A stretch of DNA of 64,000 nucleotides from Candidatus Shapirobacteria bacterium (GTDB taxonomy: Bacteria; Patescibacteriota; Microgenomatia; UBA12405). This document shows positions 58,954 through 64,000 of the stretch, piece by piece. Position numbers and translations under genes: made by a program. The notes beneath the pieces are model-generated. The model made no database searches. It was not told where the DNA came from and saw only the letters and a list, made by a program, of their open reading frames with translations. Location of the stretch: assembly GCA_037142555.1 (NCBI GenBank), contig JBAXAJ010000001.1, positions 104,423 through 168,422 on the forward strand. The letters run 5' to 3'. Numbering within the stretch: the first letter of the stretch is position 1; each line of letters starts with the position of its first letter.

Positions 58954-60324
58954 ATGAAAAATAGCAGAAAAACTATTAATATTTTTTGGACAATAATCGG
59001 ACTAACTTTTGTTTGTTTGATTATCAACATGCCAAAGATTTTGCCTGTCAAAATTCACCAAGGGCCAATAAATTGGGAACACACTTTTTATAAACCAGAA
59101 TTAAAAATCGGTTCTTTCACAAAAAATCTTGATTTAAAATATGGACTAGATTTAGCCGGTGGTTCCAGTTTAACTTTCGAGGTTGACACTTCTGGGGCTA
59201 AAAAAGAAAACTTAACTCAAGCTCTAGATTCTCTAAAAGGAAACATCGAAAGAAGAGTCAATCTCTTTGGGGTCAGTGAAGCCAATGTTCAATCTTCAAA
59301 AGAAGGGGACAGCAATCGTCTGAAAGTTGATCTTCCAGGAATTGAAAATGTCAACGATGCTATCGGTCTAATCGGTCAAACCGCTCAATTAAGTTTCAAA
59401 GGTGAAGATACAAAAGTGACTAGCGCCACTGATTCAGCTAGTTACAGAGATGCTTTTCCTTTTGACACTGGCATAAATGGTTCTCATTTAACCAGAGCTG
59501 CTGTTGAAATTAACTCTAATAATGGTGAACCAGAAGTAGCTTTGGAATTTAATCCAGAAGGGTCAAAATTATTTGCCAAAGCCACCAAAGATTATCTAGA
59601 CAAAAGAATTGCCATATTTTTAGATGAACAACCAATCACCTCTCCAAAAGTTCAAACAGTAATTACCGATGGTAGGGCAGTAATCAATGGTTCTTTTGAT
59701 TCAAAATCAGCCAAAGAACTTTCAGCTCAACTAAATGCTGGTGCTCTTCCTCTGCCAATTAAATTAATTCATCAAACCCAAATTGGGGCAACTCTAGGGA
59801 AAGATTCAATCGATAAAGGTCTTTTTGCCGGAATTGTTGGTCTAATTTTAGTTTCTCTCTTTATGATCGGAAACTACGGTAAATTAGGTCTAATTGCTGA
59901 TCTTGGTTTAATAATCTATGCTCTAATCACTCTAAGTCTCTATCGTCTGATTCCAGTCACTCTAACTCTTCCAGGCATTGTCGGTTTCATTCTCTCAGTC
60001 GGAATGGCCGTTGACAGTAATATCCTAATTTTTGAACGTATGAAAGAAGAACTTCGAAAAGGTAAGCCTTGGAACATTGCTATGGAACTTGGTTTTGGTC
60101 GAGCTTGGGACTCAATTAAAGATGCTAATGCGTGTACAGTCATCACTGGTCTAATTTTATTCAACCCTTTCAATTGGACTTTCCTAAACACTTCTGGAAT
60201 GGTTCGAGGTTTTGCCGTCACTTTACTTCTCGGAATTTTTATTAGTATTTTCACTGGTGTTTTTGTCACTCGAAATCTACTTCGGGTTCTAGCTAAACCA
60301 TCAAAAAAGGATAACCAACTATGA
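58954..60324 (+). CDS. secD: Protein translocase subunit SecD
   Basis: LKYGLDLAGG, RRVNLFGVSE, LNAGALP, GMAVDSNILIFER. Confidence 0.96.
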   Translation: MKNSRKTINIFWTIIGLTFVCLIINMPKILPVKIHQGPINWEHTFYKPELKIGSFTKNLDLKYGLDLAGGSSLTFEVDTSGAKKENLTQALDSLKGNIERRVNLFGVSEANVQSSKEGDSNRLKVDLPGIENVNDAIGLIGQTAQLSFKGEDTKVTSATDSASYRDAFPFDTGINGSHLTRAAVEINSNNGEPEVALEFNPEGSKLFAKATKDYLDKRIAIFLDEQPITSPKVQTVITDGRAVINGSFDSKSAKELSAQLNAGALPLPIKLIHQTQIGATLGKDSIDKGLFAGIVGLILVSLFMIGNYGKLGLIADLGLIIYALITLSLYRLIPVTLTLPGIVGFILSVGMAVDSNILIFERMKEELRKGKPWNIAMELGFGRAWDSIKDANACTVITGLILFNPFNWTFLNTSGMVRGFAVTLLLGIFISIFTGVFVTRNLLRVLAKPSKKDNQL

Positions 60325-61187
60325 ACATAATGAAATTTCGAAAAATCTTCTACATCATTTCTCTAACTCTAATTGCCGTTTCAGTTTTTTCAATTGTAAA
60401 ATGGGGATTCAGAACTTCAATCGACTTTTCTGGTGGAACCAATTGGGAATTTGTTTTGCCAAATAATCCATCAAAAGAGAAAATAGCCGAAGCTTTCAAT
60501 CAAAATAACATAACTCTTTCTTCAATAGATTCAAACGGAAAGAATAATTTCACCCTAAAATTTGCCAACATTTCAACTGACCAAAAGAAAATTCTTGACG
60601 ATTCTATGGTCAAAATCGATAAAGACTATAAAGAATTAAAATTTGAAACTCTTGGTCCAATCCTAGGAAAAGAATTACTCAGAAAAACCATCACTGCCAT
60701 AATTTTATCATCACTATTTTTGCTAATTTTCATTGGTACTCGTTTCAAAGATTTCACTTTTGGGGCTGGTGCTGTTTTAGCCATGTTCCACGATTCATTA
60801 ATTTTGATTGGGGCTTTTTCAATTCTCGGTCATTTCTTTGGAGCCGAACTAGACGCTCTTTTTGTAACTGCTCTTCTTACAACTCTTGCTTCCTCAGTCC
60901 ATGACACAGTTGTCACTTTTGACAGAATGCGCGAACTAAAAAGACGAAACTTTAAATTTGATTGGGTTGATCTTGCCAATCAAGCTGTGACCGAAACTTT
61001 AACCAGATCTATCAATAACTCTATGACCATCATTTTGATGTTACTATCTCTAGTTATGTTAGGTGGTTCTACTACCAAATGGTTTGCCACCGCTCTCTTA
61101 ATCGGTGTCATCTGTGGAACTTATTCCTCAACCGGTGTTGCCATCCCTCTAGTTCTACTTGCCAAAAAATATCTCAAAAAGAAGTAA
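60321..61187 (+). CDS. secF: Protein translocase subunit SecF
   Basis: SIDFSGG, FHD, SVHDTVVTFDRMRE, GTYSS. Confidence 0.96.
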   Translation: MNIMKFRKIFYIISLTLIAVSVFSIVKWGFRTSIDFSGGTNWEFVLPNNPSKEKIAEAFNQNNITLSSIDSNGKNNFTLKFANISTDQKKILDDSMVKIDKDYKELKFETLGPILGKELLRKTITAIILSSLFLLIFIGTRFKDFTFGAGAVLAMFHDSLILIGAFSILGHFFGAELDALFVTALLTTLASSVHDTVVTFDRMRELKRRNFKFDWVDLANQAVTETLTRSINNSMTIILMLLSLVMLGGSTTKWFATALLIGVICGTYSSTGVAIPLVLLAKKYLKKK

Positions 61188-62493
61188 TTTTTTCCAACAA
61201 AATCTCTCTCTCATTTAATTCTGGTTTTTCTTCAACCTCTTTAAATATAGCTTCCAAAACTTCACCAACTTTTCGGCCTGGTTTAATTTTCAAAATTTCC
61301 ATCACATCTTGACCATTAACTTTTAAGTCCTTTATACAAAATGGTTGTTTTTGCACTTCCACAATTCTTTCCTTAAAAAGTTCCCATCTCCAACTACTTT
61401 CTTTAGCCCCACTTCCAAGTCTATCAGCCCGTCTTAGAGCGATCATTTCGTCAATATAATCTAAAGTGACGTTTCGAATAAATCTTCGCACCGCTTTGTC
61501 TGTTTGAGTGGCCTCAGTTGTGAACATATGCCATCTGACTAATTTGAATAATTGGTCTAATTCTTTATTAGAAAATCTTAATCTCTTACCAACAGCAACC
61601 GCAATTCTTGATCCAATTATTTCGTGATTATGAAAAGTTCTAGCTTCTCCATCTCCAAACATTGATCTAGGTTTTCCTACATCGTGTAATAAACTAGCCA
61701 ATTTTGTAATTGGATTTTCAGTCGCACAATTATCCAAAGTTTTTAAATTATGATTCCAAACATCATCAATATGGTGGCCTTTTTGAGCCATTCCAACTCC
61801 ATCTAATAATTCTGGAATAATTTGTTCCAAAAGACCAGAATCTCTCAAAAGTTCAATTCCGGCTGATGGAATAGGCGAGACTAATATTTTAAAAAGTTCA
61901 TCTCTAATCCTTTCCCCAGCCACATTATTAATTAATTTAGCGTTTTTTTGAATTGATTTAAAAGTTTTCTCTTCAATTAAAAATCCTAATTGAGAAGCAA
62001 TTCTAATCGCTCTCATCATTCTCAAAGCATCTTCACCAAATCTTTCATCTGCATCTCCCACAGTTCTGATTAATCTATTTTTTAAATCAACTTGTCCACC
62101 ATACAAATCAGTTATTTTTAATTTACTATCCAAGGCGATTGCATTAATAGTGAAATCTCTTCTTTGCAAATCCTCTTCTAAACTTTTTCCCCATTTAACT
62201 TCATCAGGATGTCTTTTGTCAGAATAGCCTTGTTCAGTTCTAAAAGTTGTTATTTCAAAAATATCATCGCCATCAAGAACACTAAAAGTTCCAAAGACAT
62301 TATTACAAAAACTATTTTTAGGAAATATTTTCCTCATCTCTTCTGGAGTCAAATTGGTGGTGAAATCCCAATCTTTAACCTTTCTCTCCAAAATCAAATC
62401 ACGAACAGCTCCGCCGATAATATAAATTTCAGCGCCATTTTCTTCAAACTTTTTGATTAATTTTTCTACTTTATTAGGGATATTAAATTCCAT
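61174..62493 (-). CDS. cca: CCA-adding tRNA nucleotidyltransferase with HD domain
   Basis: GGAVRD, DWDFTT, RRDFTINA, EDALRMMRAIR, LLHDVGKP; ATG at 62493. Confidence 0.9.
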   Translation of the reverse strand: MEFNIPNKVEKLIKKFEENGAEIYIIGGAVRDLILERKVKDWDFTTNLTPEEMRKIFPKNSFCNNVFGTFSVLDGDDIFEITTFRTEQGYSDKRHPDEVKWGKSLEEDLQRRDFTINAIALDSKLKITDLYGGQVDLKNRLIRTVGDADERFGEDALRMMRAIRIASQLGFLIEEKTFKSIQKNAKLINNVAGERIRDELFKILVSPIPSAGIELLRDSGLLEQIIPELLDGVGMAQKGHHIDDVWNHNLKTLDNCATENPITKLASLLHDVGKPRSMFGDGEARTFHNHEIIGSRIAVAVGKRLRFSNKELDQLFKLVRWHMFTTEATQTDKAVRRFIRNVTLDYIDEMIALRRADRLGSGAKESSWRWELFKERIVEVQKQPFCIKDLKVNGQDVMEILKIKPGRKVGEVLEAIFKEVEEKPELNEREILLEKITSF

Positions 62494-62577
62494 GCCCAAT
62501 TTTACTACATTTCGAGGATAAAAAAATAAACCCACAAAACCAAAAAAACACTAACAACAAAAAACCCAAAAAAGGGA

Positions 62578-62599
62578 AGAGTTTGGCCACCAAACTCTT
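62578..62599. terminator. Hairpin/terminator downstream of the micropeptide genes
   Basis: AAGAGTTTGG-CCA-CCAAACTCTT flanked by A and T tracts. Confidence 0.65.
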
Positions 62600-62638
62600 A
62601 TTTTTTTGATTTTTTGTCTCTTTTTCAAGTGAATATTT

Positions 62639-62749
62639 TCAGAAAGTAATTACATGAGTAATAAACAAAAGTGCAAACACTATTACAATAACTACAACAA
62701 CGATTACAGCAATTGTAACCCATGGAATAGGGCTAGGAGGACAATACAT
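62639..62749 (-). CDS. 36-aa single-TM micropeptide (absent from the ORF track)
   Basis: MYCPPSPIPWVTIAVIVVVVIVIVFALLFITHVITF; SD AAAGGAGG. Confidence 0.55.
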   Translation of the reverse strand: MYCPPSPIPWVTIAVIVVVVIVIVFALLFITHVITF

Positions 62750-62786
62750 GTCAACCCCTCCTTTCTTCTTTTCTTTTTAATTTTTA

Positions 62787-62879
62787 TTAATTAATTAATA
62801 TAATAATCGCTATTATAGAAATCAATAACAACACCAAATACAACATCCCAGATTTTACAAACTTTCTATCTCTTTCCAT
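62787..62879 (-). CDS. 30-aa single-TM micropeptide (absent from the ORF track)
   Basis: MERDRKFVKSGMLYLVLLLISIIAIIILIN; SD AAGGAGG. Confidence 0.55.
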   Translation of the reverse strand: MERDRKFVKSGMLYLVLLLISIIAIIILIN

Positions 62880-62939
62880 AACAACTCCTCCTTCTTTCTA
62901 TTTTTTAGTTTTGTGAGTTAAAGTGCAACAAACTAACCT

Positions 62940-62968
62940 ATAATACTCCTAACTATACTAAAAGTCAA
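62940..62968 (-). promoter_or_regulatory. Promoter for the micropeptide pair
   Basis: Minus strand reads TTGACT-N17-TATTAT. Confidence 0.65.
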
Positions 62969-62996
62969 TCTATCAGTGTAAAATTAAATCTATCTC

Positions 62997-64000
62997 ATGA
63001 ATCAATTGCAAATCATTTTAAAATCAAAAAAAATCATTGAAAGGGGAATAATCGAAGCCGATTTTCTAGAATTATTATTAACCAATCGTGGCATCACCAA
63101 ATCCAAAACAGCTGAATTTTTAAAACCAAACAATCCCAAAAAACTTGAAGCCAAAGATTTTGGAGTCAACCAAAAACAATTAGATTTGGCTGTCAATCGA
63201 ATTAAACAAGCCATCGATAATCAAGAAAATGTCCTAATATACGGCGATTATGATGTTGATGGTATAACTTCAACTGCTGTTCTTTGGAAATCTCTAAGAA
63301 AAAATGGTCTAAAAGTCATGCCTTTCATTCCCGATCGAGAACACGACGGCTACGGCATCAAAGCCAAATCATTTTTTAAGTTTGAAGAGGAAAGAGCCAC
63401 TAAATTCTCTTTATTAATCACTGTCGATAACGGCATTGTCGCCAACAAAGAAATCCAAAAAATCATCGACACTGGGGTTGATGTAATCATCACCGATCAC
63501 CACCTTCCAACCGAATCTTTGCCAAATTGTCTTGCCTGCGTCCATTCAACTGCCTTTTCTGGTTGTACTCTAGCCTGGCTTCTAGCTCTTCAATTCGATT
63601 CTGAAGCTGATCTAGGATTGGCCGCTCTCGGTGCCATTGCTGACTGTATGCCTCTAGTTGGGATCAATCGCAGCATTGTGGTCCATGGCATCCAAGAATT
63701 AAGATTAAACCCTTCTCCAGGCATGAAAAAATTAATGCAAGTCAGTGGTTCTAAACAAGAATCACTTTCTGCTTATGATCTAGGCTACATTCTTGGCCCT
63801 CGAATCAACGCTGTTGGTCGTCTTTCCAACCCAACCGATGCTCTGCGACTTCTATGCAGTCCAACTCTGGTCCAAGCCGCCAAATATGCCCAAGTTCTAG
63901 ACGATCACAACAAAGACCGTCAAATTCTTCAAAAAGACAGTTTGGAAGTTGCTGAGAAAAATATTTTCAACAACTCCGACAAATTAGTCTTTATTGCTGA
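62997..64000 (+). CDS. recJ: ssDNA exonuclease RecJ, 5' part (runs off window end)
   Basis: Hand translation from the ATG at 62997: IYGDYDVDGITSTA, DGYGI, TVDNGI, ITDHH, PRINAVGRL. Confidence 0.95.
   Translation, partial: MNQLQIILKSKKIIERGIIEADFLELLLTNRGITKSKTAEFLKPNNPKKLEAKDFGVNQKQLDLAVNRIKQAIDNQENVLIYGDYDVDGITSTAVLWKSLRKNGLKVMPFIPDREHDGYGIKAKSFFKFEEERATKFSLLITVDNGIVANKEIQKIIDTGVDVIITDHHLPTESLPNCLACVHSTAFSGCTLAWLLALQFDSEADLGLAALGAIADCMPLVGINRSIVVHGIQELRLNPSPGMKKLMQVSGSKQESLSAYDLGYILGPRINAVGRLSNPTDALRLLCSPTLVQAAKYAQVLDDHNKDRQILQKDSLEVAEKNIFNNSDKLVFIA

Noticed and set aside
63002-63214. 70-aa minus-strand ORF
   Set aside because: It is antisense to recJ, which the track missed because recJ runs off the window
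1-64000. Alternative genetic code (UGA=Gly as in Gracilibacteria/Absconditabacteria)
   Set aside because: Conserved genes are full length in code 11, and TGA ends genes such as rmlC and miaA

Overview
AT-rich chromosomal segment read with the standard genetic code, most likely from a Patescibacteria/CPR bacterium (Microgenomates-like). This assignment is inferred from the missing L30 gene, divergent ribosomal proteins, few Shine-Dalgarno sites and CPR-style surface proteins. The first half holds rpoB (3' part), rpoC, rpsL and rpsG. An ~8 kb block (PilM-like/LytR_C protein, Nudix, rmlBCD, FAD oxidoreductase, MFS) then splits the str operon before fusA, tuf and the S10-spc-alpha and rplM-rpsI clusters. 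After rpsI lies an array of four paralogous Cys-rich exported proteins. They share a conserved leader (TM + QKNQENRSxA), a triplicated promoter and shuffled repeat modules, including a 224-bp identical block. The second half holds uppP, an OB-fold/DEDD exonuclease fusion, tRNA-Pro(GGG), recA-recX-rny and HU. Next come a 1540-aa surface protein with a DGR-target-like C-type lectin (FGE) domain and a MacB-type ABC system, purD, ychF, miaA, a compact RNase P RNA and an unannotated 57-aa Cren7/CC1/DUF5679-like protein. The window ends with secDF, the CCA enzyme, two unannotated membrane micropeptides and recJ (5' part). No CRISPR array, integrase, transposase or reverse transcriptase was seen. All family calls come from motif recognition by eye; no database search was run.
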